Assembly: GCA_964610125.1 (NCBI GenBank)
Contig: CAZSUV010000001.1
Location: 383,877 to 447,876 of the forward strand
Origin: an uncultured Candidatus Saccharibacteria bacterium
Lineage (GTDB): Bacteria > Patescibacteriota > Dojkabacteria > SC72
DNA length: 64,000 nucleotides
Reading direction: 5' to 3'
Position numbers and translations under genes: made by a program. Position 1 is the stretch's first letter, and each line of letters starts with the position of its first letter. Positions 37,518-46,983 of this stretch are shown one piece after another. The notes beneath the pieces are model-generated. The model was not told the origin of the DNA. It searched no databases and worked only from the letters and a program-made list of their open reading frames with translations.

Positions 37518-39099
37518 CTAATAATTTCTTTGTTTCTTCAATATCGTTCCAGGGGTATTCTGTTTGCCCAAAGCAAAGTGATTTTTCATGAGCCTTGCCT
37601 GTGATAATTATGATGTCATCTGGTTGTGCTATTTCCAAAGCTCTTTTAATTGCATCTCTTCGATTAACGACATTATTGCTTACATCATCAAATCTTATTA
37701 AAGTACTATTTTTATTCTTTCCTTCTTTCCATCCTGTTTCTATTTGATCATTTATCTCTTTTAAACTTTCTAATCTTGGATCTTCAGCTGTTAGTATTGT
37801 AATATCTGCTAGTTCATTAGAGACCTTCCCCATCATAGGCCTTTTGTAAAAATCTCTATGACCTGCGGAACCAAATACATTAATTATTCTTCCTTTAGTT
37901 TTATGTTTATTCAATGAGCTAAGTACTTCAAACAAAGCATTTGGCGTATGAGCGTAATCAACAATTACTTTAAAAGGTGTTTCTTGAAGAATTTGCATTC
38001 TCCCTGCTACAGTACTAAAGGTTGAGATGTATTTAACGCAATCTTCTATTGAGATACCCTCTTGCATACAGAGCAAAGAGGCACACATAAAATTACTGGC
38101 ATTATATTCACCTAAAATTGGTAATCTTACATCATACTGCTTATCCTCGTTCTGCAAGACGAATGTAAGCCCACTTTCATCTTCATTCAACTTGCTACAA
38201 ACCAAGTCTGCATCGGCAATTCTGCTATATGTTTGGTACTTAGATGCAATTTTAGACAGTACATCAAAAGACTTATCATCTTTATTCAATATAACCATAC
38301 CACCAATTTTTAAATGTTTTGAAATTAACAATGATTTAGCATGACAATAGTTCTCCCAAGTCTTATGATAATCCAAATGCTCTGAAGTAATATTGGTATA
38401 CCCAACTTCATCAAATTTCAAACCCGCTAGTCTTCCTTGCTCCAATCCATGAGAGGTACTTTCTATAATAATGTGGGTACAATTTTCCTTTTCAGCAATT
38501 TCAATAATTTTTGCAATTTCTTGAGAAGAAGGAGTTGTCGTATGTAAAAATCCTGTATCCACCTCCTTGTCATTGATAATACAGGAAACTGTTGTTATTA
38601 GGGCGGGCTTATATCCAGATTCTTTCAAAATATGATAAACCATTGTACAAGTTGAGGTTTTTCCATCGGTACCCGTAACGCCTATATATTTTATTTTGGA
38701 CTGATCTACAAAATAGAGTGGAGCTATATCCGATTGAATAAATGCTTCTTTCGCTGAATCGCTCATTTGCCCTGATTCATAATCATTGGTTATCTGATGA
38801 TAAAAATGGCCTATTTCATGTCCAACAAGATCCTTATTATCCTCAAATATTATTGCTTGAACTTTTTGAGGTAGATCGTTGGAATAAAGATAGAAGTCTC
38901 CTTCTAAATGCTCTCCAACATTGGGATTTCTATAATTAATTACAATTCCGAGTTTCTCTAATTCTTTTGTATTATCATTCTTTTTAAGATCATACCCTAT
39001 GATTTCAACACCTAAGAGAGAAAGAAATTTTGCAATATAATATGCACCTTTTCCCCCGATACCCAAAATACTTATTTTTTTAATATTTGAATAATCCAT
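37507..39099 (-). CDS. Mur ligase family protein, MurE-like (UDP-MurNAc-L-Ala-D-Glu:diamino acid ligase candidate)
   Basis: Central GVTGTDGKTSTCTM P-loop, DYAHTPNAL and C-terminal VFGSAGHRDFYKRPMMG...ILTAEDPR...ITGKAHEK all resemble MurE. There is an unusual N-terminal Rossmann-like GIGGKGAYYIAKFL segment and an insertion containing HEIGH. Confidence 0.65.
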   Translation of the reverse strand: MDYSNIKKISILGIGGKGAYYIAKFLSLLGVEIIGYDLKKNDNTKELEKLGIVINYRNPNVGEHLEGDFYLYSNDLPQKVQAIIFEDNKDLVGHEIGHFYHQITNDYESGQMSDSAKEAFIQSDIAPLYFVDQSKIKYIGVTGTDGKTSTCTMVYHILKESGYKPALITTVSCIINDKEVDTGFLHTTTPSSQEIAKIIEIAEKENCTHIIIESTSHGLEQGRLAGLKFDEVGYTNITSEHLDYHKTWENYCHAKSLLISKHLKIGGMVILNKDDKSFDVLSKIASKYQTYSRIADADLVCSKLNEDESGLTFVLQNEDKQYDVRLPILGEYNASNFMCASLLCMQEGISIEDCVKYISTFSTVAGRMQILQETPFKVIVDYAHTPNALFEVLSSLNKHKTKGRIINVFGSAGHRDFYKRPMMGKVSNELADITILTAEDPRLESLKEINDQIETGWKEGKNKNSTLIRFDDVSNNVVNRRDAIKRALEIAQPDDIIIITGKAHEKSLCFGQTEYPWNDIEETKKLLAIS

Positions 39100-39107
39100 T
39101 TACTATT

Positions 39108-39464
39108 TTACAGTTGGTATGGCGTATATTCTGCTGGAACATCAGTAGGAGATTCTAAAACTATAAATTTTTCATCTCCATCTCTATCATTAAAGACAAC
39201 GGTGCTTATACCAGAATTATCAGTAATCTCTGCTATATTTCTCTGAACAATAGCATTATATCCCTCTTGAGGATTGATACCTTCAAAAACCTTTCCGATT
39301 GTTGGAACCAATAAAGCACGATTCCAGTTTGCTGTTCCATCTGGTATATCAAGTCCTGGAACTGGAAGATCATCTTGATCAAGAACAGCTCCGGCATACC
39401 TATCTATTAATGCTTTCTCAGTCTCTGTAAATACTCTTTTTGTTTGTAATAGATCAGGATTCAT
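39108..39464 (-). CDS. Hypothetical protein
   Basis: 118 aa acidic protein with no recognisable motif. 8-nt gap to the Mur ligase gene suggests co-transcription. Confidence 0.35.
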   Translation of the reverse strand: MNPDLLQTKRVFTETEKALIDRYAGAVLDQDDLPVPGLDIPDGTANWNRALLVPTIGKVFEGINPQEGYNAIVQRNIAEITDNSGISTVVFNDRDGDEKFIVLESPTDVPAEYTPYQL

Positions 39465-39542
39465 AAATATAAATTCTTAATATTTTAATGATAAATATTA
39501 CCATAAATTGTTAATAAATAATAAAGATATTCTATAAGTTAT

Positions 39543-40409
39543 TTATAATAACGTCTCCCAGAACTTCGTTAATTCTTCCCTGTATTCATTTCTCGTCATA
39601 GCATACTTTATCTGTGCTTCTAAATAGTTCAATGGATCACCCGTAGTCAACCATTCACCATCCACAGCCTTGCAATATACATTCTTTACCTTGCATAGTT
39701 TGTCTAAAGCCACAGGGAAATATAATTCTCCTTGTTGAATATTTTCCTTGTTTAAATAATCAAAAATACTGTAATCAACTAAATATCTTCCATAAGTTGC
39801 CAATAATGAAGGTGGATTTTCTAATGGTTTCTCAACAATGGTCTCAATTATTCTTTTCTCTTCATCCCTAAATGATGCTGCCCCATATTTATGTATCTCC
39901 TTAGCATCAACCTCTTGAGCCGCTACAACCCCTCCAATGTTGTTATCCGTAGCCTTCCTCATATTATATTCATCCACCAATTGCTTAACTGCAGAAACCT
40001 CTGAAAGTACTAAATCATCACTAAATATGAATACAAAAGGTTCTCCTTCCTTTAACCAAGGTTTAGCAGCTAATACAGGAGATCCATTTCCATATGGCAA
40101 TGCCTTGTTCTGCCTTACAACAGTAATATTTACCTTACCAAACACCTCCTTAAATCTTTCATATCTCTCTTCTTTTCCTGTTTCCTTTAAGAACGATTCT
40201 AAATCAGGACGATTATCAAAATAGTCTTCAACAGGATAGTTACCAAAACTAGTAACCAAGATTACATCTGTAATTCCAGCATCAATACATTCCTTAACAA
40301 TTTCGTGAATAATTGGAACTTCCTGTATAGGAAGCATAGACTTAGGAACACTCTTACACACCGGAAGAAAACGAGTAGAGTAGCCAGCGGTAGCTATAAC
40401 AGCTTTCAT
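39543..40409 (-). CDS. UTP--glucose-1-phosphate uridylyltransferase-like sugar nucleotidyltransferase
   Basis: MKAVIATAGYSTRFLPVCKSVPKSMLPI matches the GalU-type nucleotide-binding N-terminus. 288 aa. Confidence 0.75.
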   Translation of the reverse strand: MKAVIATAGYSTRFLPVCKSVPKSMLPIQEVPIIHEIVKECIDAGITDVILVTSFGNYPVEDYFDNRPDLESFLKETGKEERYERFKEVFGKVNITVVRQNKALPYGNGSPVLAAKPWLKEGEPFVFIFSDDLVLSEVSAVKQLVDEYNMRKATDNNIGGVVAAQEVDAKEIHKYGAASFRDEEKRIIETIVEKPLENPPSLLATYGRYLVDYSIFDYLNKENIQQGELYFPVALDKLCKVKNVYCKAVDGEWLTTGDPLNYLEAQIKYAMTRNEYREELTKFWETLL

Positions 40410-40448
40410 AGGATAATCAGTAACAAGTTAGTAGATATTGTACACTTT

Positions 40449-40889
40449 TTAATACAAAGTATGAACCCCGTTTTTGTATTCGTTATAAACCTCTTTACAT
40501 GCTTCTGTTTCTAAAGGCATCTCTACATATTCATCCTTACTATTCCCTTGCTCTTCAGCAAACCCTATATCCTTCGCATCATTGTAATCACAACCATAAT
40601 ATACTTTGGATAGCTTTGCCCACATGATAGCGGCTTTACACATAGGACAAGGCTGACCAGTAACATATAGCTCACATCCCGAGAGATCAAAATTTCTAAG
40701 TTTCTTCGATGCAATCTGAATAGCTCTAATTTCAGCATGATTCGTAGCGTCCTTTCTTCTCACAACCTCGTTATGTGCCTTTGCTACAATCTTGCCATCT
40801 TTTACAATCACACATCCAAATGGTCCACCATGCTTGTGATTAATACCATATCTAGCTTCATCAATTGCAACCTTCATAAATTCATTCAT
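40449..40889 (-). CDS. CDA-fold zinc deaminase (TadA/GuaD-like)
   Basis: HAEIRAI (H-A-E zinc/catalytic motif) and PCPMC zinc ligands. 146 aa. Confidence 0.7.
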   Translation of the reverse strand: MNEFMKVAIDEARYGINHKHGGPFGCVIVKDGKIVAKAHNEVVRRKDATNHAEIRAIQIASKKLRNFDLSGCELYVTGQPCPMCKAAIMWAKLSKVYYGCDYNDAKDIGFAEEQGNSKDEYVEMPLETEACKEVYNEYKNGVHTLY

Positions 40890-41740
40890 TAGAATTTTCT
40901 ACCAAAATTAATATCTTCTACCATAAGTTTCTTACCTGTTCTCCCTAAATCTTGCTCATACCTATGTGCAAAATCTCTGTACTCAAGTATCTTTTTAGTC
41001 CTTTCCTTAACACTACGCTCTCCAATCATCCCAGGTCCACCAATACAACCACCTTCACAAGTCAAAATATCCAAAAATTTATAATTCTTGTACATACCAT
41101 CTTTAAATTCAGAAAGTACCTTTACTATATTCTCTACACCATCAGTAACAAGAATGTCTTTCTCTTCCAATATGTTTTTGTAATGAAGAGTAGAGGATAG
41201 CCCACCAGAGATAGGGTAGATCTTGGTATAGTCATTGTAAAATTTTTCAAAGGTCACACAATATTTTGAATCTGTAACCTTCTCCGGAATGTTATGTAAT
41301 TTGAAGAGTTCATTTAATTCTTTAAATGTTAAAGCCTCATCAATAGTTCCAAGTTCCTGTGCTTCATTCTTTTTAGTAATACATGGGCCAACAAATACTC
41401 GTTTGTAATCTGGGTAGTATTTCTTACATATGAGAGCCATAGCGCCCATAGGAGAGAGGACTGGAACAAGATTTGGAATTAATTCTGGAAATTTTACCTT
41501 AATCATATTAACCAGTGTAGGGCATGGAGATGCTATCCACGTTTTCTTTTCTCCCTTTTCTAAACTTTCTTTTAGTAATTCGTAGTAAGCAATATTCACC
41601 ATCTTAGCTCCAAATGTAAGCTCTAAGACTTCATTAAATCCTAACTGCCTTAATCTGTAAACTATTTCTGGATATTCAAATTCAGCTGCAAACGAGGGTG
41701 CTAACATACATAGATATTTTTGTCCTTGTACAAATTCCAT
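40889..41740 (-). CDS. [FeFe]-hydrogenase-like protein, H-domain only
   Basis: Fe_hyd_lg_C-like N-terminus (APSFAAEF...LGFNEVLELTFGA). L1 motif reads ASPCP instead of TSCCP. L2 GPCITKKNEAQE. L3 TCEGGCIGGPGM. 283 aa, no ferredoxin-like F-domains. Shares the ATGA start/stop overlap with the deaminase gene. Confidence 0.55.
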   Translation of the reverse strand: MEFVQGQKYLCMLAPSFAAEFEYPEIVYRLRQLGFNEVLELTFGAKMVNIAYYELLKESLEKGEKKTWIASPCPTLVNMIKVKFPELIPNLVPVLSPMGAMALICKKYYPDYKRVFVGPCITKKNEAQELGTIDEALTFKELNELFKLHNIPEKVTDSKYCVTFEKFYNDYTKIYPISGGLSSTLHYKNILEEKDILVTDGVENIVKVLSEFKDGMYKNYKFLDILTCEGGCIGGPGMIGERSVKERTKKILEYRDFAHRYEQDLGRTGKKLMVEDINFGRKF

Positions 41741-41785
41741 ATATTAAATATATCTTAAGTAGGTACGTCTGTAAAATATTTAAGA

Positions 41786-42316
41786 TTGATATATACTGGA
41801 TATATGGAACTGCTTCAGAAAGAAAATCTCAAACAAATATTGTTGAATGAAAAAGTACAACTTTCTGTAGTATACGTATTAGCTTTTACAATTCCTTTCA
41901 TATTTAAACAGCCACAGCTTCTCATTGGGAGCATCATAAACTTCATACTCATTTTCTCCATATCAAAATATGGATTAAAGAAGATAATTCCTGTATTGTT
42001 TTTACCATCACTAGCATCCTTTCTAAATGGAGTACTCTTTGGAGTATTCACTCCATATTTACTCTATTTAATGCCGTTCATAGTCCTTTCCAACCTCATA
42101 CTTGTACTTACGGTTAGATATATAAAGGTGAGGTATTTAAATGTAGGAATAGCAGCATTACTTAAGACTTGTTTCTTGTTTTCAGCTGCATATATACTCT
42201 TCAATACAGTTCATATACCAGAGATATTTCTAACCTCAATGGGGCTCATACAGCTCTACACAGCTCTAATTGGTGGAACGTTAGCATCCATATTTTTAAC
42301 TTCTAAGCAATCATAG
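41786..42316 (+). CDS. Hypothetical polytopic membrane protein
   Basis: 176 aa with about 5 predicted TM helices. Confidence 0.4.
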   Translation: MIYTGYMELLQKENLKQILLNEKVQLSVVYVLAFTIPFIFKQPQLLIGSIINFILIFSISKYGLKKIIPVLFLPSLASFLNGVLFGVFTPYLLYLMPFIVLSNLILVLTVRYIKVRYLNVGIAALLKTCFLFSAAYILFNTVHIPEIFLTSMGLIQLYTALIGGTLASIFLTSKQS

Positions 42317-42317
42317 C

Positions 42318-42998
42318 ATGTACATAGATCCAATATATTGGTACTTTGCACTACCAGGATTCGTAATAACCATAATAGCTCAGATATATGTAAAAATTGT
42401 ATATGGAAAATACAATAGCATTCCTGTAGCTAAACATACTGGTATGGAAGTAGCAAAACTAATAAAAAACGGTGAAAGATTTCCAGTAGAAATATATCCC
42501 CGAGGAGGGAAATTAGAAGACTATTTTGACCCTACAAAAGATCTTGTAAACATATCTGCAGATAACATAGAGCAGGGCACTGTAGCAAATATAGCTGTGG
42601 TAGCCCATGAGTTTGGTCATGTACAACAGAAATTTGAGAAATCACCAATCTTTAGATTTAGAATGATTCTAACTGGAATTACTAAGTTTACATCTAGCAT
42701 TGGATATATACTTTTCATAATTGGGATACTACTCTCCGCATTAAGATTGGCCGAAATAGGGCTAGTATTCTTCTCAACAAGCACATTGTTTGCACTCATA
42801 ACCATACCTGTGGAAGTAGATGCAAGTAAAAGAGGAATGGGATTCATAAAGAAGTATGATCTTCTAGATAGCTACGATACAAATGGAGCAAAACAGGTAT
42901 TAACGGCAGCAGTATTTACATATATTGCAGGATTTCTCTCTTCTGCATTAAATCTGCTTTACTACATTAATATACTAGGTGGAAGAAGAAGAAATTAA
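42318..42998 (+). CDS. YugP-family membrane zinc metallopeptidase (Zn_peptidase_2)
   Basis: ...DYFDPTKDLVNIS...ANIAVVAHEFGHVQQ contains an HExxH motif. N- and C-terminal TM helices match B. subtilis YugP-like proteins of about 226 aa. Confidence 0.65.
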   Translation: MYIDPIYWYFALPGFVITIIAQIYVKIVYGKYNSIPVAKHTGMEVAKLIKNGERFPVEIYPRGGKLEDYFDPTKDLVNISADNIEQGTVANIAVVAHEFGHVQQKFEKSPIFRFRMILTGITKFTSSIGYILFIIGILLSALRLAEIGLVFFSTSTLFALITIPVEVDASKRGMGFIKKYDLLDSYDTNGAKQVLTAAVFTYIAGFLSSALNLLYYINILGGRRRN

Positions 42999-43000
42999 TT

Positions 43001-43687
43001 CTAAATTTCTCCTTTTAAATATGCTTTTCGCTTAGTCTCTTCAAACTTCTCAATTGCATACCTTAACATAGTTCTAGGCAGCTCCTTGTAATATTGTTTC
43101 AGGAATTTCTCTTCAATAGCCTGATCTTTATTCCCAACCTCTCTTAACATCCAACCCACAGCTTTGTGAATGAGATCATGTTTGTGATGAAGTAATATCT
43201 CAGCTATAGCCAATGTATCCTTGAAATCACCTTCCTTTATGAACGCAAAAGTAGCCATAATACTTACTCTTTGTTTCCAAAGATTGTTGCTTTTAGCTAA
43301 TTCATATAATATTGATCTATCCTTGTCCTTAAGATATTTTCCAACAATATTGGGAGTCGTCACATCAACTAAATCCCAGTTATTAATATATTCCAAATTG
43401 TTGATATAGAAATCATATATCTCCTTATTCAAAGGCATATATGTAAGTGTTAGTAATGCAAACATTCGATATTCATGTATCTCACTGCTGATAAACGGTT
43501 TTAAATCGTATAGGGTTACGACTTTTGAATATTTCTTAGCAATCTTTCTAATATCAGGCATAACAATACCAACAAATATATCACCCTCCCCATACTCTCC
43601 TTTTCCTGTTTTGAAAAACCATTGTAACTCCTTTGCTTTTTTAGGGTTTGAAACACTTTTTAATTCTTTTAATATCTCTTCTTTCAT
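43001..43687 (-). CDS. DNA alkylation repair protein (AlkC/AlkD-like HEAT-repeat glycosylase family)
   Basis: 228 aa with the MPDIRKIAKKY...WDLVD...HKAVGWMLRE pattern of the DNA_alkylation family. Confidence 0.65.
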   Translation of the reverse strand: MKEEILKELKSVSNPKKAKELQWFFKTGKGEYGEGDIFVGIVMPDIRKIAKKYSKVVTLYDLKPFISSEIHEYRMFALLTLTYMPLNKEIYDFYINNLEYINNWDLVDVTTPNIVGKYLKDKDRSILYELAKSNNLWKQRVSIMATFAFIKEGDFKDTLAIAEILLHHKHDLIHKAVGWMLREVGNKDQAIEEKFLKQYYKELPRTMLRYAIEKFEETKRKAYLKGEI

Positions 43688-44385
43688 TACTGTTTAATAG
43701 CTTTTTTAAATAGTTCGGCAGAATATATAACCATCTTCATTTCAGCTTTCAATGTATCCACGGTAATATTTACTTCATCCATAGTAATAGTATCTGGTGA
43801 ATTATTTGTCCTTACAAACAACCATAGCTTGTCTGTAACCAACCCCGAAACTATTGCCTTAGATTGTAATTGAGAGATCATATCCTGTTTTGAAACAAAT
43901 GAAAAAATAGATTCCCCATTTTCAAATACATGCTTAGGGTGGGTATGTAAATTGAAAAGATATTGTATAGATACTTTTTTAGGAGCATCTTTGTAATATA
44001 CGTCCTTACGCTTGTATATACTCCCATCCATATATATTTCCTTTCTAAAATATCCTTTACGCGTAGGATGTTGTATATACTTAACAGAAATATTGTGATT
44101 TGATGTTACAGAACTCTCTTGTCCCTTTATAACAGATGTAAAGATCAATTCTCCATCAACCATAAAAACGGATATTTCTCTTTCTAGTCCGTCTTTCAAT
44201 GTCATTTTGTGGATAGAAACCACTTCTTTCCAAAAAGATTCAGGTAAAGCTATTGCCTGTGGAAGATTGTATTCAAATGGAAATATCCCATCTTCTTTCA
44301 GTCGGTTAATTTTCTTGTAGAATTCTATAAATGGGATACTAGAAATTCGACTGTCTGTGAATAGATCTTTCAGAAATTCAAACAT
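43687..44385 (-). CDS. Hypothetical protein
   Basis: 232 aa, no recognisable motif. ATGA overlap with the upstream gene. Confidence 0.35.
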   Translation of the reverse strand: MFEFLKDLFTDSRISSIPFIEFYKKINRLKEDGIFPFEYNLPQAIALPESFWKEVVSIHKMTLKDGLEREISVFMVDGELIFTSVIKGQESSVTSNHNISVKYIQHPTRKGYFRKEIYMDGSIYKRKDVYYKDAPKKVSIQYLFNLHTHPKHVFENGESIFSFVSKQDMISQLQSKAIVSGLVTDKLWLFVRTNNSPDTITMDEVNITVDTLKAEMKMVIYSAELFKKAIKQ

Positions 44386-44509
44386 CCTTTAGCTATTTGT
44401 TAACCTTAAATATGTCTATACATTGTATCATTTACTTAAGGAATTTTCTGGCTGTTACTGTTGAGAGAATTAATATACAATTAGATATAACTTAATCGAA
44501 TAGATAGTT

Positions 44510-45070
44510 ATGAAAAACGCTACTGCCATATTTGTGTTTTTAGGATTGATATTTGTCGGTGTAATTATATTTGCCTTTATATATCTCCCTAAGATGGTTG
44601 ATGCTAATGGTATTGGTTACAAGAATATTACAATGGAATTGCCTGTAGATATGACCAATATGAGGTACTATGGTACTGGTATTACTTCTTTTTGTGTTAA
44701 CAAGGATAATGGTATTGGGATAGAGGTTAAGGAAAATACTGCCGTATTAGCTCCTGTTTCTGGAGTAGTTACTAATATATATGAGGGTCCTAACCGTATA
44801 GCCCTAGAACCTGATACCAATGTTTTAGTGTCTGTTAGTCCTGTGGTTAAGCTTAATGTTAGTGTAGGGGACTATGTTAACGCAGGAGATGTACTGGGAT
44901 ACTCAGAGGGTACCAATATTCACTTCATCTTAGATAATCAGAAGAATGATAGGTATGAGTGTCCATTCTTGTATTTGAATGAGGATGACAAAAATACCAT
45001 ATTGAATGGATTAAAACTTACTACCAGTACTACGGGTAGGATATGTGAATGTGATGTGATGAGGTATTAG
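44510..45070 (+). CDS. LytM/M23-like domain protein, probably non-catalytic
   Basis: N-terminal TM helix. C-terminal GDYVNAGDVLGYSEGTNIHFIL resembles the M23 beta-barrel, but the HxxxD/HxH zinc ligands are not evident. Confidence 0.4.
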   Translation: MKNATAIFVFLGLIFVGVIIFAFIYLPKMVDANGIGYKNITMELPVDMTNMRYYGTGITSFCVNKDNGIGIEVKENTAVLAPVSGVVTNIYEGPNRIALEPDTNVLVSVSPVVKLNVSVGDYVNAGDVLGYSEGTNIHFILDNQKNDRYECPFLYLNEDDKNTILNGLKLTTSTTGRICECDVMRY

Positions 45071-45083
45071 AAAAACGTTCTTT

Positions 45084-45141
45084 AATCTGTACATACTTTC
45101 CACTTAGGGATACTACTCAAGGTAGTGTGTATGTACAGATT
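45084..45141 (+). terminator. 13-bp perfect-stem hairpin 14 nt after the stop codon (candidate terminator or start of a structured RNA)
   Basis: AATCTGTACATAC (45084-45096) pairs with GTATGTACAGATT (45129-45141), closing a 32-nt loop with inner CACT/AGTG pairing. No U-tract follows. Confidence 0.4.
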
Positions 45142-45836
45142 GTGGACAGAAGAGAATCAATTCATTGAAATCATTTCGAGGGATGGGGGGGGCATCCTTA
45201 AGAAACAGCATGAATTGCTGATTTAGATTCTCAATCTATCCAATGCATTTTGTTGCTCTTTACTCCTAAAAGAATAGGGATCAGCTCCTGATGAATGCGT
45301 TTGTAGAGAAATTTTACCTATACCAGTAACGGTAAATTCCATAGATTTCTCTACGACAGAGGGGTGGAAGTAGGGAGACTTCTCAATTTGCTGGAATATT
45401 GGGCAAATTAAATCCTCTTGATGTATTTGTTTTTAAAATAGCAAATAGGATTATACATTACTATAGGTATTATTTCAAGAACTGAGAGTATAGCCATAGG
45501 CATATATTTTACATAGGGTTTAACCTATGCTCTCAGTTCCTGTTATTGTATCTTGGATCCTATCCAAGTGTGCTTGCCCACCCGAACAGGACCCTTAACG
45601 AATAATAGTGGTTTTTAAAGAAGGAAAGGAACTTCTGGTAATCCAAAGGGTTCTGAGGGCGTAACCCTTAGAATATTTTGAAGTGAGGAAAACTTCTTCA
45701 AAAAGTTGGACTCCATTGCACCACGCACTATTATTCCAGTAAGAGCGATATTTATAACTCTTTATTATATGCTACAGGTTAATAAGAATACAATATAGAG
45801 AAATGGAATAAGATAGGGTATAATACTTTTCGATAT

Positions 45837-45914
45837 GGTGGGTATAGCTCAATTGGTTAGAGCATTGGTTTGTGGAACCAAGGGTTACGGGTTCAAGTCC
45901 CGTTATCCACCCCA
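45837..45914 (+). tRNA. tRNA-His (anticodon GTG), with encoded G-1 and 3' CCA
   Basis: G-1 pairs with discriminator C. Acceptor GTGGGTA/TATCCAC with one G-U pair. D-arm GCTCAATTGGTTAGAGC. Anticodon stem TTGGT/ACCAA with loop TTGTGGA. T-arm ACGGG-TTCAAGT-CCCGT. CCA is encoded. Confidence 0.85.
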
Positions 45915-45928
45915 TATAGAAATTTCAT

Positions 45929-46564
45929 ATGCATAATAAACCTTCTGGAAAAAACGGAATTGCTCGAGTGAAAATAAATCCTAATTCTTATGTTTTTGTA
46001 CCAATAATATTACCTTTAGATAAAGCATCTAAAGAAAATTATTTTGTTGAAAGATTTGTGCAAGAGACAAAGAAAGTTGGATTTAAAATACATAGTTACA
46101 AAGCAAATCAAGAGAACGATTTTGATTTTATATTGAATATAGGTAATCATGAAGATGTTTACCTCGAACTCAAAGAAGTTTTACCTCAAATCACAGAAAA
46201 GGGTTCTCCATACGAAACAAGAAATACAAGCATAAATAATTACGATTATGCGAATTCTGTTGCAAAGGAAATAGTGGCATATTCCAAGAAGTATTCTTCT
46301 GATAAACCTCTTCATTTATTACTGTATACTTCGGATTATAAATTTGCGTTATCAGATATTGCAACCATGTTATTAAAATATTTCCTTAAGGATCAAAAAC
46401 TAATATTTGAATACATATTTCTCTATACACCAATAGACCAAACTAATGGAGAAGTTAAGTTAATATACCCATCAGAACAATCTTTTGATGAAAACTTCAA
46501 TCCAGAGAAATACAAAGATTCTATTTGCATACCATTAGACCCTGCAGGATTTACATTATTATAA
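45929..46564 (+). CDS. Hypothetical protein
   Basis: 211 aa beginning 15 bp after tRNA-His. No recognisable motif. Confidence 0.35.
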   Translation: MHNKPSGKNGIARVKINPNSYVFVPIILPLDKASKENYFVERFVQETKKVGFKIHSYKANQENDFDFILNIGNHEDVYLELKEVLPQITEKGSPYETRNTSINNYDYANSVAKEIVAYSKKYSSDKPLHLLLYTSDYKFALSDIATMLLKYFLKDQKLIFEYIFLYTPIDQTNGEVKLIYPSEQSFDENFNPEKYKDSICIPLDPAGFTLL

Positions 46565-46701
46565 TATCCTAAGATTCGGGAATACACGGAATTTTGTCAA
46601 CCTATCTAGACTTACTCCATATAAATATAATAAAAAACACGAACCTTTACTAAACAAGCCAAGTTCACAGACCTAAAAAAGATCAAAACAACAGAAAACT
46701 A

Positions 46702-46983
46702 TTAATATGAATTTCTCCCATACAATGAATTCATAAAGGTTTCTTTATCAGTAGAAACTAGAATATCAATACCTTGTTTATTTAACATATGTATCTTCTC
46801 TATCGGTAGAGTAAGTGACTCAAAGTAAACTCTTTCAATAGAATACTCATTATCATCACCAGCTATTCGATTCTTAGAAAAGGCACCACAATTAGTACAT
46901 TCATGCACTAACATTAATTCAAACGTTGTATTTCTTGAATATACGTTCCTTTCAGGCTTATATGTTATAGCAATAGGTTTCAT
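46702..46983 (-). CDS. Small CxxC zinc-ribbon protein, with a possible unannotated Cys-rich N-terminal extension
   Basis: 93 aa containing HECTNCGAFS. The in-frame upstream sequence, open to 47160, encodes ...FRCLNCRE...HCPLCLH...CTC... with no ATG, GTG or TTG codon. Confidence 0.4.
   Translation of the reverse strand: MKPIAITYKPERNVYSRNTTFELMLVHECTNCGAFSKNRIAGDDNEYSIERVYFESLTLPIEKIHMLNKQGIDILVSTDKETFMNSLYGRNSY

Noticed and set aside
45837-45914. Alternative anticodon reading of the tRNA as Gln/other
   Set aside because: The 5-bp anticodon stem TTGGT/ACCAA fixes the loop as TTGTGGA, giving the GTG anticodon. The encoded G-1 paired with the discriminator C is the tRNA-His identity element.
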